64,000 nt of DNA from Pseudonocardia sp. (GCF_029263155.1 NZ_JAJCYB010000104.1:67565-131564), one strand, 5' to 3'; positions 47,461 through 57,429 are shown, counted from the stretch's first letter. Notes: generated by a model not told the origin, from the sequence alone. Translations and numbers: made by a program.

Positions 47461-47499
47461 CAGAAATGCCGCACTCCGAGAAGGAGTCCGGCATTTCTG
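47461..47499. terminator. Probable bidirectional intrinsic terminator
   Basis: CAGAAATGCCG-C-ACTCC / GGAGT-C-CGGCATTTCTG hairpin between the convergent Hsp70-like gene and tRNA-Glu. Confidence 0.65.
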
Positions 47500-47503
47500 G
47501 GTG

Positions 47504-47576
47504 TAGCCCCGACGGGATTTGAACCCGCGCTACCGCCTTGAGAGGGCGGCGTCCTAGGCCGCTAGACGACGGGGCC
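47504..47576 (-). tRNA. tRNA-Glu (CTC)
   Basis: GGCCCCG/CGGGGCT acceptor stem, anticodon arm CCGCC-CT-CTC-AA-GGCGG, T loop GGTTCAAATCC. Confidence 0.96.
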
Positions 47577-47616
47577 AGGCTGTTGAATTGTATCTGCTGC
47601 GGTGATCTGTACTGCG

Positions 47617-47688
47617 CTGGGGTACCAGGACTCGAACCTAGACTAACTGAACCAGAATCAGTCGTGCTGCCAATTACACCATACCCCA
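47617..47688 (-). tRNA. tRNA-Gln (CTG)
   Basis: TGGGGTA/TACCCCA acceptor stem, anticodon arm ACTGA-TT-CTG-GT-TCAGT, T loop GGTTCGAGTCC. Confidence 0.96.
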
Positions 47689-47751
47689 CCGGACAGCGAT
47701 CATCCGGGGTCCAGCGGGTGGAACCGGCGTCCGCGTCCTGCGTGGAGCATT

Positions 47752-49248
47752 CTAGCCGAGGCCGCCGGCACGCTCCACACCGGCCCTGAGCCGTCGCAGC
47801 GAGCGCTCGCGGCCCAGCAGCTCCATCGACTCGTAGAGCGGGGGCGAGACGGTGCGGCCACTGACCGCCACCCGCACCGGCGCGAAGGCCTTGCGCGGCT
47901 TGAGGCCCATGCCGTCGACGAGGGTGGCCTTCAGCGAGTCCTCGATGGCGGATGTGGACCAGTCCGGCAGCGCATCGAGGCCGGTCAGGGCCGCGTCGAG
48001 GACCGGGGCGGCGTCGGCGCCGAGGTTCTTGGCCGCGGCGTCCTCGTCGAGGGTGAAGGCGTCCTCGGTGACGAACAGGAAGGCCAGCATGCGGGCGGCG
48101 TCGGACAGCACGACGCTGCGCTCCTGCACGAGCGGGGCCGCGGCGACGAGCAACTCGCCCTGCCCGGCGGTGAGCGTGCCGCTCGTCACCGGGTGGCCGG
48201 GAGACAGCTCGGCGAGCAGGTAGGGCTCGACCCGGCGGGCGAACTCGTCGACGGGCAGGGCGCGCAGGTGCGCGGAATTGATGGCCTCGGCCTTCTTCAG
48301 GTCGAAGCGCGCCGAATTGCCGGAGACCCGCGAGACGTCGAATGCGGCGACCATCTCGGCCATCGTGAACACGTCCCGATCCTCGGCGATGGCCCACCCG
48401 AGCAGCGCGAGGTAGTTGAGCAGGCCTTCGGGGGTGAACCCGCGCTCGCGGTACAGAAAGAGGTTCGATTCCGGGTCGCGCTTGGAGAGCTTGCGGTTTC
48501 CCTCGCCGGTGACCAGGGGCAGGTGGCCGTAGCGCGGCGGCCCGTTGCCGATACCCACCCGGGCCAACGCCTCGAGCAGCGCGATCTGGCGGGGCGTGGA
48601 GGAGAGCAGGTCCTCACCGCGCAGCACGTCGGTGATGCCCATGAGCGCGTCGTCGAGCGGGTTGGTGAGCGGGTAGAGCGGGGAGCCGTCGCCACGGGCG
48701 AGCACGAAGTCGGGCACGGTGCCGGAGCGGAAGGTCACCTCGCCGCGAACCAGGTCGGTGAACGTGATGTCCCGGTCGGGCATGCGGAGCCGGTAGACCG
48801 GGGCCCGGCCGTCGGCCCGGTACGCGGCCTTCTCCTCCTCGGTGAGGTCGCGGTCGGCGTTGTCGTAGCCGAGCTTGGGGTCCCGGCCGGCCGCCCGGTG
48901 CCGGGCCTCGATCTCCTCGGCCTTCGAGAACGACTCGTAGACCTCGCCCGCCGCGATCAGCTTGCCCAGCGCGTCGGCGTAGAGCCCGCCCCGCTCGCTC
49001 TGCCGGTACGGGCCGTGCGGACCGCCGACCTCGGGACCCTCGTCCCAGTCGAGACCGAGCCAGGCCAGGGCGTCCAGCAGCGCCGCGTAGGACTCGACGG
49101 AGTCGCGGCTGGCGTCGGTGTCCTCGATGCGGAACACGAAGCTGCCGCCGCTGTGCCGGGCGTGCGCCCAGTTGAACAGGGCGGTGCGGATGAGCCCGAC
49201 GTGCGGGGTCCCCGTCGGGGAGGGGCAGAAGCGAACGCGAACAGTCAT
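47752..49248 (-). CDS. gltX: Glutamate--tRNA ligase
   Basis: [29 protein letters not shown]. Confidence 0.97.
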   Translation of the reverse strand: MTVRVRFCPSPTGTPHVGLIRTALFNWAHARHSGGSFVFRIEDTDASRDSVESYAALLDALAWLGLDWDEGPEVGGPHGPYRQSERGGLYADALGKLIAAGEVYESFSKAEEIEARHRAAGRDPKLGYDNADRDLTEEEKAAYRADGRAPVYRLRMPDRDITFTDLVRGEVTFRSGTVPDFVLARGDGSPLYPLTNPLDDALMGITDVLRGEDLLSSTPRQIALLEALARVGIGNGPPRYGHLPLVTGEGNRKLSKRDPESNLFLYRERGFTPEGLLNYLALLGWAIAEDRDVFTMAEMVAAFDVSRVSGNSARFDLKKAEAINSAHLRALPVDEFARRVEPYLLAELSPGHPVTSGTLTAGQGELLVAAAPLVQERSVVLSDAARMLAFLFVTEDAFTLDEDAAAKNLGADAAPVLDAALTGLDALPDWSTSAIEDSLKATLVDGMGLKPRKAFAPVRVAVSGRTVSPPLYESMELLGRERSLRRLRAGVERAGGLG

Positions 49249-49274
49249 GGTGGCGCCAGGCTAGCGGACCGGTC

Positions 49275-49280
49275 TATAAT
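49275..49280 (+). promoter_or_regulatory. -10 element of a probable leaderless promoter
   Basis: Perfect TATAAT 7 nt upstream of ATG 49288; no Shine-Dalgarno. Confidence 0.55.
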
Positions 49281-49287
49281 TCAACGT

Positions 49288-50622
49288 ATGGCGAATAGCG
49301 AGCGCACGACCTGCCTCGTCGTCGGTGGCGGCCCGGCCGGGATGGTCCTCGGGCTGCTCATGGCCCGCGCCGGCGTGGCCGTCACCGTGCTGGAGAAGCA
49401 CGGCGACTTCCTGCGCGACTTCCGGGGCGACACCGTGCACGCCTCCACCCTCACGCTGCTCGACGAGCTCGGCCTCGGCGACCGGTTCGCCGCCGTCCCG
49501 CACCGGCTGCTGCAGCGGATGCAGGTGCAGCTCGACGGCGGCACCGCCGCCGTCGCCGACATGTCGCGGCTGCCCGGCGCCCACCAGCACATCGCGCTGG
49601 TGCCGCAGTGGGACTTCCTCGACCTGCTCGCCGACGCCGCCGCCGAGGAGCCGACGTTCACGCTGCGGCGCGACGCCGAGGTGGTCGGCCTGCTGCGCGA
49701 CGGCGAGCGCGTCACCGGGGTGCGCTACCGCGACCGGACCGACGGCACCGAGCACGAGCTGCGCGCCGACGTCACGGTGGCCTGCGACGGTCGGGGGTCG
49801 GCGGTGCGGGCGGCGGCCGGCCTGGTGCCGCGCTCGTTCGGGACGCCGATGGACGTCTGGTGGTTCCGGCTGCCGCGCCGCGAGGACGACCCGGCGGGCG
49901 GGGTGGCGCGCTTCTCGTCCGGCCACTTCGCGGTGATGATCGACCGCGGGGACTACTGGCAGATGGCCTACCTGATCAAGAAGGGCAGCGACGCCGAGCT
50001 GCGGGCCGCCGGGATCGAGCGGTTCCGCGCGCGGGTGGCCGGGCTGGTGCCGTGGGTGGCCGACCGGCTCGACGCGCTCGCCTCGTTCGACGACGTCAAG
50101 CTCCTCGACGTGCGGTTGGAGCGGCTGCGACGCTGGTCGACCGACGGGCTGCTGCTGATCGGCGACGCGGCGCACGCGATGTCTCCGGTGGGCGGGGTCG
50201 GGATCAACCTCGCGGTGGCCGACGCGGTGGCCGCGGCCCGGATCCTGGCCCCCGCGCTGCGGTCCGGCGGGATCGTGCCGGAATCGGTGCTGCGGCGGGT
50301 GCGGCGGCGCCGGTGGTGGCCGACGGCCGTGGTCCAGGGGGCGCAGCGGATCGCCCACCGGGTCGTGTTCTCGTCCCCGCCGGACGTGGCCGACGCGCCA
50401 CGGCCGGGTCCGGTCGACGCCCCCGCACCGGATTGGCTCGCCCCCGGCGAGAGCGGGTCGACCGACACCGCCGGCCTCCCCCTGCCGTTGCGGCTGGCCG
50501 CCCGGTTCCCGGTGCTGCAGGCCCTGCCGGCCCGGATGGTCGCGATCGGACCGCTCCCGGAGCACGCGCCGGAATGGGCCCGGCGACCCCCGTTGGCGGT
50601 GCGGGACGCGGCGGCGACCTGA
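49288..50622 (+). CDS. FAD-dependent oxidoreductase (UbiH-like monooxygenase family)
   Basis: GGGPAG, DFLRDFRGDTVH, ACDGRGS, IGDAAHAMSPVGGVGIN. Confidence 0.9.
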   Translation: MANSERTTCLVVGGGPAGMVLGLLMARAGVAVTVLEKHGDFLRDFRGDTVHASTLTLLDELGLGDRFAAVPHRLLQRMQVQLDGGTAAVADMSRLPGAHQHIALVPQWDFLDLLADAAAEEPTFTLRRDAEVVGLLRDGERVTGVRYRDRTDGTEHELRADVTVACDGRGSAVRAAAGLVPRSFGTPMDVWWFRLPRREDDPAGGVARFSSGHFAVMIDRGDYWQMAYLIKKGSDAELRAAGIERFRARVAGLVPWVADRLDALASFDDVKLLDVRLERLRRWSTDGLLLIGDAAHAMSPVGGVGINLAVADAVAAARILAPALRSGGIVPESVLRRVRRRRWWPTAVVQGAQRIAHRVVFSSPPDVADAPRPGPVDAPAPDWLAPGESGSTDTAGLPLPLRLAARFPVLQALPARMVAIGPLPEHAPEWARRPPLAVRDAAAT

Positions 50623-50659
50623 GCGCGGTGGCGCCGGCCGATCTGGCACCGTAGGGGCG

Positions 50660-52915
50660 GTGAGCCCCAAGAGCCGCGGCCGCAAGCGCAAGCCCGCACC
50701 CGCCTCGCGCCGGCGCCGGGACGACCCGTTCGGCGACACCCTGTTCTCCGGGATACTGCGCGACGTCGGCCGGGACCTCGACCGGATCGACGACGCGGTG
50801 GCGGCCGAGCTGTGCGTCTCGGCGCTGCTGGGCACGTGGTGGAAGCTGTTCCTCGTCGACGCCGATCCCGAGGTGGAGCTCGGCGAGCGCCTCGTGGCCG
50901 TCGCCGCGCGCAGGAACACCACCGCCGCGCTGGCGCTGCTGCGCACCGTCGCCGTCCTCGGCACGCCCGCGCAGCGGGCCGCGGCGGGCGCGGCGGCCGA
51001 CGCGCTCGCCGCGAAGGGCGTCACCGATCCCACGTGGGCGCGCGAGCTGTCCGGCGGCCGGGCGAGGTCCGCGTGGGGGTACGGCGACGTCTTCGGCGAT
51101 CAGACCAGCATCCTGCTGACCGTCGAGCGGGGCGGCGACACGCACGGCGTCGTCGTGCTGATCGATCACGCCCTCGGCGGCATCGCGAAGGACGCCTTCG
51201 TCACCGACGACCCGGCCGGGACCCTGGCCGACATCCGCTCGCTCAGCGAACCGGACGTCTGGATCCGTGAGCTGACCCTCGACGAGGCCGCCCGCCTGCT
51301 CCGCCCGGCGTTCGCCGCCACCGACGGCGCCGCCGAACCCCCGGTGGGCGAGGACTTCCGCGAGTACCGGGCGCTCGCCCTGGCCCGGGTCCGGCTGCTC
51401 CCCGACGTCGAGCGGGAGGCCCCGCCCGCTCTCGACGACGCCGGGCGGGACGCGCTCGTGCGGGAGTTCCTGGCCTCCGACCACGCCCGCGAGCTCGTCG
51501 ACGCCGGACTCGATGACGCCGTCACCGCCGGCTGCGCCCGGCTGATCGTCGAGCACGGGTGCGCGACCGACGGCCGCCCCCTGCGGGTCGGGCCGGCCAA
51601 GGTCGACCTGTTCCTGCTGAGCTGGCTCCCCGACCAGGACCTGGACGAGGACACCCGCGAGGTGATGCCGGACGTCCTGCGCGCGTGGGTGCGCTGGGCG
51701 GGCCGGCGGGCCGATCTCCCCGAGCCGGCCCTGCAGGCGCTGGAGGAGATCGTCGACGAGCTCGCCGACCTCGACGACCAGGGCCCGGACGGCCTGCCAC
51801 CGGGGCTCGCCGACGCGGTCCTCGACGGGCTGCTCGACGGCGACGTCACCCCCGAGCAGGTGCAGGAGGCCGTGACGCGCCGGGTGTTCGCCACTCCCGA
51901 CACGACGGTCGTGCTCGACGGCGAGCGGATGCAGCTCGACCCGAGCGACCCCGACGAGCGCGGCCTGCTCGTCCGCGCCGAGCACCCGGAGTACGCCGAG
52001 GCGCTCGACGACCCGTTCGCCGACGTCGCGACCGACGAGGTGAATCCGCGGCTGCACGTCGCCATGCACGAGATGGTCGCCACCCAGCTCTGGGACGGCG
52101 AGCCCGCGCAGGTGTGGCCCGCAGCGCAGCGGCTGCTGGCCACCGGGATGGACCGGCACGACGTGCTGCACGCGCTGGCCGAGGTGGCCGCCCGCCACGT
52201 GCACGCCGCGCTGGTCCGGCAGCAGCCCTACGACGCCGCGGCCTACGCCGCGGACCTCGCGGAGCTCGGCACGCCGCCCCCGCGGGCCCGCCGCCGCCGG
52301 AAGCCGAGCCCGCAGCAGGAGGGCCTGTTCGACGAGCCCGCGACCGTCACCCCGCTGCGCCCACCCACGCGGACCGGGTCGGCCTACCGGATCAAGGTGA
52401 CGCTGCGCGGCGTCCGCCCGCCGGTGTGGCGCCGGCTGCTGGTGCCGCCGGACACGACGCTCGCCGGGCTGCACGAGATCCTGCAGGTCGCGATGGGCTG
52501 GCTCGACGGGCACCTGCACGAGTTCGTCGCCGGCACGCAGCTGTTCGGGCCGCCGGACCCCGACGCCGGTCCCGGGCGGCGCGACGAGGCGGGCGTCCAG
52601 CTCGACGAGGTGCTGCGCCGCAGCGGCGACCGGCTCCGCTACTCCTACGACTTCGGGGACGGCTGGGAGCACGACATCGTGCTGGAGTCGATGGAGGCCG
52701 AGACCGTGGACACCGCCCGGTGCACGGCGGGCCGGCGCGCGTGCCCGCCCGAGGACTGCGGCGGGCCGTGGGGCTACGCCGAGCTGCTCGCGGCCGTGTC
52801 CGACCCGGGCCATCCCGACCACGCCGAGCGGGTGGAGTGGGCCGGCCCGTACTTCGACCCGGCCGAGTTCGACCGCGCGGCGGTGAACGACCAGCTCCGC
52901 GCGCTCGCCCGCTGA
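50660..52915 (+). CDS. Multidomain protein with DUF1841-like segment and C-terminal pRiA4b ORF-3 family domain
   Basis: NPRLHVAMHEMVATQL; PPVWRRLLVP, MGWLDGHLHEF, YDFGDGWEH, ACPPEDCGG. Confidence 0.75.
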   Translation: MSPKSRGRKRKPAPASRRRRDDPFGDTLFSGILRDVGRDLDRIDDAVAAELCVSALLGTWWKLFLVDADPEVELGERLVAVAARRNTTAALALLRTVAVLGTPAQRAAAGAAADALAAKGVTDPTWARELSGGRARSAWGYGDVFGDQTSILLTVERGGDTHGVVVLIDHALGGIAKDAFVTDDPAGTLADIRSLSEPDVWIRELTLDEAARLLRPAFAATDGAAEPPVGEDFREYRALALARVRLLPDVEREAPPALDDAGRDALVREFLASDHARELVDAGLDDAVTAGCARLIVEHGCATDGRPLRVGPAKVDLFLLSWLPDQDLDEDTREVMPDVLRAWVRWAGRRADLPEPALQALEEIVDELADLDDQGPDGLPPGLADAVLDGLLDGDVTPEQVQEAVTRRVFATPDTTVVLDGERMQLDPSDPDERGLLVRAEHPEYAEALDDPFADVATDEVNPRLHVAMHEMVATQLWDGEPAQVWPAAQRLLATGMDRHDVLHALAEVAARHVHAALVRQQPYDAAAYAADLAELGTPPPRARRRRKPSPQQEGLFDEPATVTPLRPPTRTGSAYRIKVTLRGVRPPVWRRLLVPPDTTLAGLHEILQVAMGWLDGHLHEFVAGTQLFGPPDPDAGPGRRDEAGVQLDEVLRRSGDRLRYSYDFGDGWEHDIVLESMEAETVDTARCTAGRRACPPEDCGGPWGYAELLAAVSDPGHPDHAERVEWAGPYFDPAEFDRAAVNDQLRALAR

Positions 52916-52918
52916 AGG

Positions 52919-53707
52919 TCACAGCGCCACGCCCGCGAGCACCGGGCGGTGGTCCGAGGACGAGGTGGCCAGCACCTCGCTGCTCACGACGCGGAAGCCG
53001 GCGAGCACGTAGTCGATCCGGGCCGTCGGCGCCCATGCCGGGAACGTGGGCGCCCCGTGCACGCCGGAGTCGGCGAGCAGCGCCGTCAGCGTCGTCACCT
53101 CGGGTGCGCCGGGGGCACCGTTGAGGTCACCGGTGAGCACCACCGGCTCGGCCGAGCGCTGCACGGCGGCGGCGACGGCCTGCGCCTGCGGCAGCCGGGA
53201 CTGCGCGAAGTCGGACTCCAGGTGCGTGGTCATCACGCGGACCGCGACACCGCGGACGTCGACCACCGCTTCGAGCAGTCCGCGCTGCTCCTCCTCGGCC
53301 GCCGTCCCCCGCGGCAGCAGGGTGTGGGTGTGCGAGACGATCGGGAGCCGCGACAGGATGACGGTGCCGTGCTCGCGCGGCGGCGCGCCCGGGGTGGGTG
53401 GGTCCAGGACGTAGTTGGGCGCGAACACCGCCGCCATGTCCAGCCGGGCGGCCAGCTCCGCGGGCTGGTCGGCGAACCCGGTGCGCTGCCCGTAGTGCCG
53501 GTCGACCTCCTGCAACGCGACGACGTCGGCACCGGTGGCCGCGATCTCGGCGGCGACCCGGTCCAGATCGACCACGCCGTCCGGCCCGGCCCCGTGATGG
53601 ATGTTGAACGTCAGCACCGAGAGGTCGCGGGGCGCGGGCGGCGCCGATGACGCGCACCCCACGACGACGCACACCGCGAGGAGCTGTGCGATCCACCGTC
53701 CGCGCAC
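52919..53707 (-). CDS. Endonuclease/exonuclease/phosphatase family lipoprotein
   Basis: Lipobox VVVGC, TFNIHHG, LQEVD, GDLN, RIDYV, SDHRP. Confidence 0.85.
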   Translation of the reverse strand: MRGRWIAQLLAVCVVVGCASSAPPAPRDLSVLTFNIHHGAGPDGVVDLDRVAAEIAATGADVVALQEVDRHYGQRTGFADQPAELAARLDMAAVFAPNYVLDPPTPGAPPREHGTVILSRLPIVSHTHTLLPRGTAAEEEQRGLLEAVVDVRGVAVRVMTTHLESDFAQSRLPQAQAVAAAVQRSAEPVVLTGDLNGAPGAPEVTTLTALLADSGVHGAPTFPAWAPTARIDYVLAGFRVVSSEVLATSSSDHRPVLAGVAL

Positions 53708-53881
53708 GCAAGAGGTTCGCGCGCGGCCCGGCGCCGGTTCGAGTGGGACGGCCTCGACGCGGCGTGGTCCGCGCTCCCCGGTCCGTGCTCCCCGGCGACG
53801 GCCCGGTCGTGGTGAGGGGCGCCGTACGGGACGGTCGGGCGACGCACCGCGTCGCAGCGCTCGACGACGCACGGATCGTGC

Positions 53882-55012
53882 TCACCCCGTGATCGTGACG
53901 GGCTCGTCGACCCGGTCCCGGGTGATCGGCACGGCGAGCGCGACGACCACAGCGGCGGTGACCGCGACCCAGGCCAGTCCGGCGGCCTCGAACAGCGGAC
54001 CGGCGACCAGCCCGGCCACCGCCGCGCCGCCGTAGGTCGCGGCGGAGTTGAGCGCGAGCACCGCGCCGCGTGCCTCCCGGGCGGCCGCGGAGAGCCGGCT
54101 GACCAGCAGCGTCAGCCCGACGTGGTTCACCAGGCCCCACGCGACCGCCGCGACCAGCAGCGCCGGGAGCAGGCTGACGGTCGCCGCGAGGAGGAGGTAG
54201 ACCGCGGCCAGCGCGGCCAGGACGGGGGCGAGGCCGACTCGCACGGCGTGCCGGTCGGCCACCGCACCCAGCCCGAACCCGACGCCGTAGCAGAGAGCGA
54301 GCATTCCCGCCCCTGCGGCGCCGCCACCGTGCAGCAGCCGGATCTCGGCCCCCGCGAAGCCGAACACGGCGTAGAACGCGCTCATGAACGCCAGCGTGCC
54401 GAGCAGCAGCCGCGCCACGCCGGGGGTGCGCAGCGTCGTCGCGAACCTCGGCCGCGGCCCCACCGGGACGGCGGGAGCGGGCAGCGTCCGGTACAGCACG
54501 ACCTGCGCCCCGGCCAGCACGGCGAGCGCGCCGAGCACCCCGCGCCAGCCGACCAGGTCGGCCAGCACCGTCGACACCGGCACGCCGGCGACCAGCGCCA
54601 CCGACCACCCGGCCAGCACCCGCCCGGTCGCCCGCGCCTCCCCGCCCGGTTCGGCGAGCTCGGCCGCGAACGCGTAGGTCGCGGGCAGCACCACGCCCGC
54701 GCCCGCGCCGGCCAGCACCTGCGCGGCCACCAGCACCTCCCAGCCCGGCGCCAGCGCGGAGACCGTCGAGCTCACCGCGAGCGCGACGGCGCCCGCCGCC
54801 AGTGCGCGCGCCCGCGGGACGCGGTCCAGCCGCGGACCGAGCAGCAGCGCCACCAGCACCACCCCGGCGCCGTACCCGGCCAGCGCCCGTCCGATCTCCG
54901 ACGGGGTGGCGTGCAGCGAGGTCGCGAGGTCGGGCAGCAGCGGGGCGAGCAGGAACGACTGCGCCCCGACCGCGACGACCCCCGTCGTGAGGACGGCGAG
55001 GTGGCGGGCCAT
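53882..55012 (-). CDS. MFS transporter (probable efflux permease)
   Basis: About 12 hydrophobic segments; LAPLLPDLA and GPRLDRVPR motif A. Confidence 0.85.
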   Translation of the reverse strand: MARHLAVLTTGVVAVGAQSFLLAPLLPDLATSLHATPSEIGRALAGYGAGVVLVALLLGPRLDRVPRARALAAGAVALAVSSTVSALAPGWEVLVAAQVLAGAGAGVVLPATYAFAAELAEPGGEARATGRVLAGWSVALVAGVPVSTVLADLVGWRGVLGALAVLAGAQVVLYRTLPAPAVPVGPRPRFATTLRTPGVARLLLGTLAFMSAFYAVFGFAGAEIRLLHGGGAAGAGMLALCYGVGFGLGAVADRHAVRVGLAPVLAALAAVYLLLAATVSLLPALLVAAVAWGLVNHVGLTLLVSRLSAAAREARGAVLALNSAATYGGAAVAGLVAGPLFEAAGLAWVAVTAAVVVALAVPITRDRVDEPVTITG

Positions 55013-55102
55013 GTACCGAAACTGCTTCGGCCAATGACGGTAATCAAGGGATTGATGTTCGTTGCGAAGACTGTTCGGCCGAAGGCCTGTCAGGATGGGC
55101 GC

Positions 55103-55543
55103 ATGGACCCCACCGACCGGAGAATCGTCGGTCTGCTCGTCGACGACGCGGACCGCACCTACGCGCAGCTCGGCCGGGAGGTGTCGCTCTCCCCGGCGGC
55201 CGTGCACGAGCGGGTGCGCAGGCTGCGCGCGTCCGGGGTCATCCGGCGCACGACGGTGGAGGTCGATCCCGACGCGCTCGGCGTCGACGTGCTCGCATTC
55301 GTGCTGCTCGACACCGAGGGCTGGGCCCGCGACCACGTGTTCACCGCGGCGCGGGCCGAACCGCGCGTCGAGGAGGCCCATTCCGTGGCGGGCAACAGCA
55401 ACTTCCTGCTCAAGGTGCGCGCGCCCGGGCCCGACGGGCTCGAGGAGGTGCTCCGGATCCTCTACCAGGTGCCGGGTGTCGTGCGCACCCGGACGATCAT
55501 GGTGCTGCGGCGCGGGTTCGAGCGCGGGATCAGCCCGCCGTGA
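55103..55543 (+). CDS. Lrp/AsnC family regulator
   Basis: DRRIVGLL, VSLSPAAVHERVRRL, HSVAGNSNFLLKV; divergent from the MFS gene. Confidence 0.9.
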   Translation: MDPTDRRIVGLLVDDADRTYAQLGREVSLSPAAVHERVRRLRASGVIRRTTVEVDPDALGVDVLAFVLLDTEGWARDHVFTAARAEPRVEEAHSVAGNSNFLLKVRAPGPDGLEEVLRILYQVPGVVRTRTIMVLRRGFERGISPP

Positions 55544-57146
55544 CCGGCACCCGCCCGCGCAGCGCGGCGTAGGCCAGCGCGTCCACGAGCGCCAGCCAGG
55601 ACGCCTCCACGACGTTGCCGTGCACGCCCACCGTCGTCCAGGTGCCGGCGTGGTCGGTGGTCTCGACGAGCACGCGGGTGACCGCGCCGGTGCCGCGGGT
55701 GAGGATGCGCACCTTGTAGTCGGTGAGGTCGACATCGGCGAGCCACGGGCACGACGGCGCCAGCGCCCGGCGCAGCGCCGCGTCCAGCGCGTTGACCGGT
55801 CCGTTGCCCTCACTGGTGGCGATCAGCCGCTCCCCGTCGACGACGACCTTGACCGTCGCCTCCGCCACCACCGCGCCGTCCGCACGCCGCTCGGTGATCA
55901 CCCGGTAGGACTCGAGCCGGAACGGCGCCTCGTCGGCGTCGCCGCGGGCGGCGCGCATGAGCAGCTCCAGCGACGCGTCGGCCGCCTCGAACGACCACCC
56001 TTGCGCCTCCCGCTCCTTGACGGTGGCGACCACCGACGACACCGCGTCGGGATGGCCGGCCAGGTCGATGCCGAGCTCGGTGCTCTTGAGCTCGACGCTG
56101 GCCCGGCCGGCCATCTCGGTGACCAGGATGCGCTGCCCGTTGCCGACGACCACCGGGTCCAGGTGGTTGTACAGCTCCGGGTCCACCTTGATCGCACTCG
56201 CGTGCAGTCCCGCCTTGTGGGCGAACGCTGACATCCCGACATAGGCCTGGTGGGCGTCGGGAGCGATGTTGGCGATCTCCGCCAACGCGTGCGAGGTGTG
56301 CGTCATCTCCGCCAGGGCACCGTCGGGTAGAACGGGCATCCCCAGCTTGGTCACCAGGTTCCCGACGACGGCGAACAGGTCGGCGTTGCCGGCCCGCTCC
56401 CCGTAGCCGTTCGCGGTGCACTGCACGTGCGTCGCGCCGGCCTGCACCGCAGCGACGCTGTTCGCGACCGCGCAGCCGGTGTCGTCCTGGCAGTGGATGC
56501 CGAGCCGGAAGCCCGTGCGGGCCGCCACCTCGGTTACCACCTGCATGATCCCCATCGGGAGCATGCCGCCGTTGGTGTCGCACAGCACCGCGACGTCCGC
56601 GCCGGCGCCCACGGCCGCCTCCAGCACCCGCAGCGCGGTGTCGGGGTCGAACGCGTAGCCGTCGAAGAAGTGCTCGGCGTCGACGAAGACCCGCCGGCCC
56701 TCCCCGACGAGGAACGCCACCGTGTCCGCCACCATCGCGCAGTTCTCGCCCGTGTCGGTGCGCAGCGCGCGCTCGACGTGGCGGCGGTCGGACTTCGCCA
56801 CCAGCGTCACGACCGGCGCGTGCGAGTCGAGCAGCGCACGCACCTGCGGGTCGGTCGCCGCCGCCGTGCCGGGCCGCCGGGTCGCCCCGAACGCCACCAG
56901 CGCGGCGTGGCGCAGGTCGAGCTCCCCCGCCGCGGCGCGGGCGAAGAACTCCGTGTCCTTCGGCAGTGCACCCGGCCAGCCGCCCTCGACGTAGCCGACG
57001 CCGAGCGCGTCGAGGTGCCGGGCGACCGCGAGCTTGTCGGCCACCGAGTAGGAGATGCCCTCGCGCTGCGCGCCGTCGCGCAGCGTCGTGTCGTAGACGT
57101 GGAAGGCGTCGCCGAGCGGGGTGGCGGCGGGCTCGGTCCGGGACAT
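55530..57146 (-). CDS. cimA: Citramalate synthase
   Basis: YDTTLRDGAQREG, EGGWPG, DAEHFFDG, CDTNGG, GYGERAGNA, AFAHKAGLH, allosteric C-terminal domain; AGGAG RBS. Confidence 0.92.
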   Translation of the reverse strand: MSRTEPAATPLGDAFHVYDTTLRDGAQREGISYSVADKLAVARHLDALGVGYVEGGWPGALPKDTEFFARAAAGELDLRHAALVAFGATRRPGTAAATDPQVRALLDSHAPVVTLVAKSDRRHVERALRTDTGENCAMVADTVAFLVGEGRRVFVDAEHFFDGYAFDPDTALRVLEAAVGAGADVAVLCDTNGGMLPMGIMQVVTEVAARTGFRLGIHCQDDTGCAVANSVAAVQAGATHVQCTANGYGERAGNADLFAVVGNLVTKLGMPVLPDGALAEMTHTSHALAEIANIAPDAHQAYVGMSAFAHKAGLHASAIKVDPELYNHLDPVVVGNGQRILVTEMAGRASVELKSTELGIDLAGHPDAVSSVVATVKEREAQGWSFEAADASLELLMRAARGDADEAPFRLESYRVITERRADGAVVAEATVKVVVDGERLIATSEGNGPVNALDAALRRALAPSCPWLADVDLTDYKVRILTRGTGAVTRVLVETTDHAGTWTTVGVHGNVVEASWLALVDALAYAALRGRVPVTAG

Positions 57147-57182
57147 CGGGTCTCCTGGCTGTGACGACGGTTCTGCGGCAAC

Positions 57183-57213
57183 AAAAAAGACCCCTCGCGG
57201 ATGCGAGAGGTCT
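57183..57213 (-). terminator. Attenuator terminator upstream of cimA
   Basis: Minus strand AGACCTCTCGC-ATCC-GCGAGGGGTCT followed by a T run. Confidence 0.8.
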
Positions 57214-57232
57214 GCGCGGCGGCCTGTTCGAG

Positions 57233-57286
57233 CTAGCCGTCGCGCCTGCCGATAATGATCACGGTGCTGTGCACGTCTCGCAGCAT
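57233..57286 (-). CDS. Ile/Val-rich attenuator leader peptide MLRDVHSTVIIIGRRDG
   Basis: GTG ATC ATT ATC control codons; TAG 20 nt before the terminator; alternative GTG start at 57274. Confidence 0.7.
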   Translation of the reverse strand: MLRDVHSTVIIIGRRDG

Positions 57287-57318
57287 CGCACGCGCCGTCC
57301 CGCCGTGTCACGCTCGCA

Positions 57319-57333
57319 TTTCACATCGTGAGA
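57319..57333. promoter_or_regulatory. Possible NdgR/LtbR-type operator
   Basis: TTTCA-N5-TGAGA, same spacing as the leuC operator, upstream of the cimA leader. Confidence 0.4.
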
Positions 57334-57429
57334 CTGCGGTAGGCGGCGCGGGGACGATCCACCAGGGTGTTGATCGCAGGACCCCGCGAGCAACGCCGCA
57401 CGCGGGCGGAGAAGTCCGAAAGGCGAATC

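Noticed and set aside
47405-47700. tRNA-Glu/Gln as the integration site of an island
   Set aside because: No integrase and no duplicated tRNA 3' end seen in the window.
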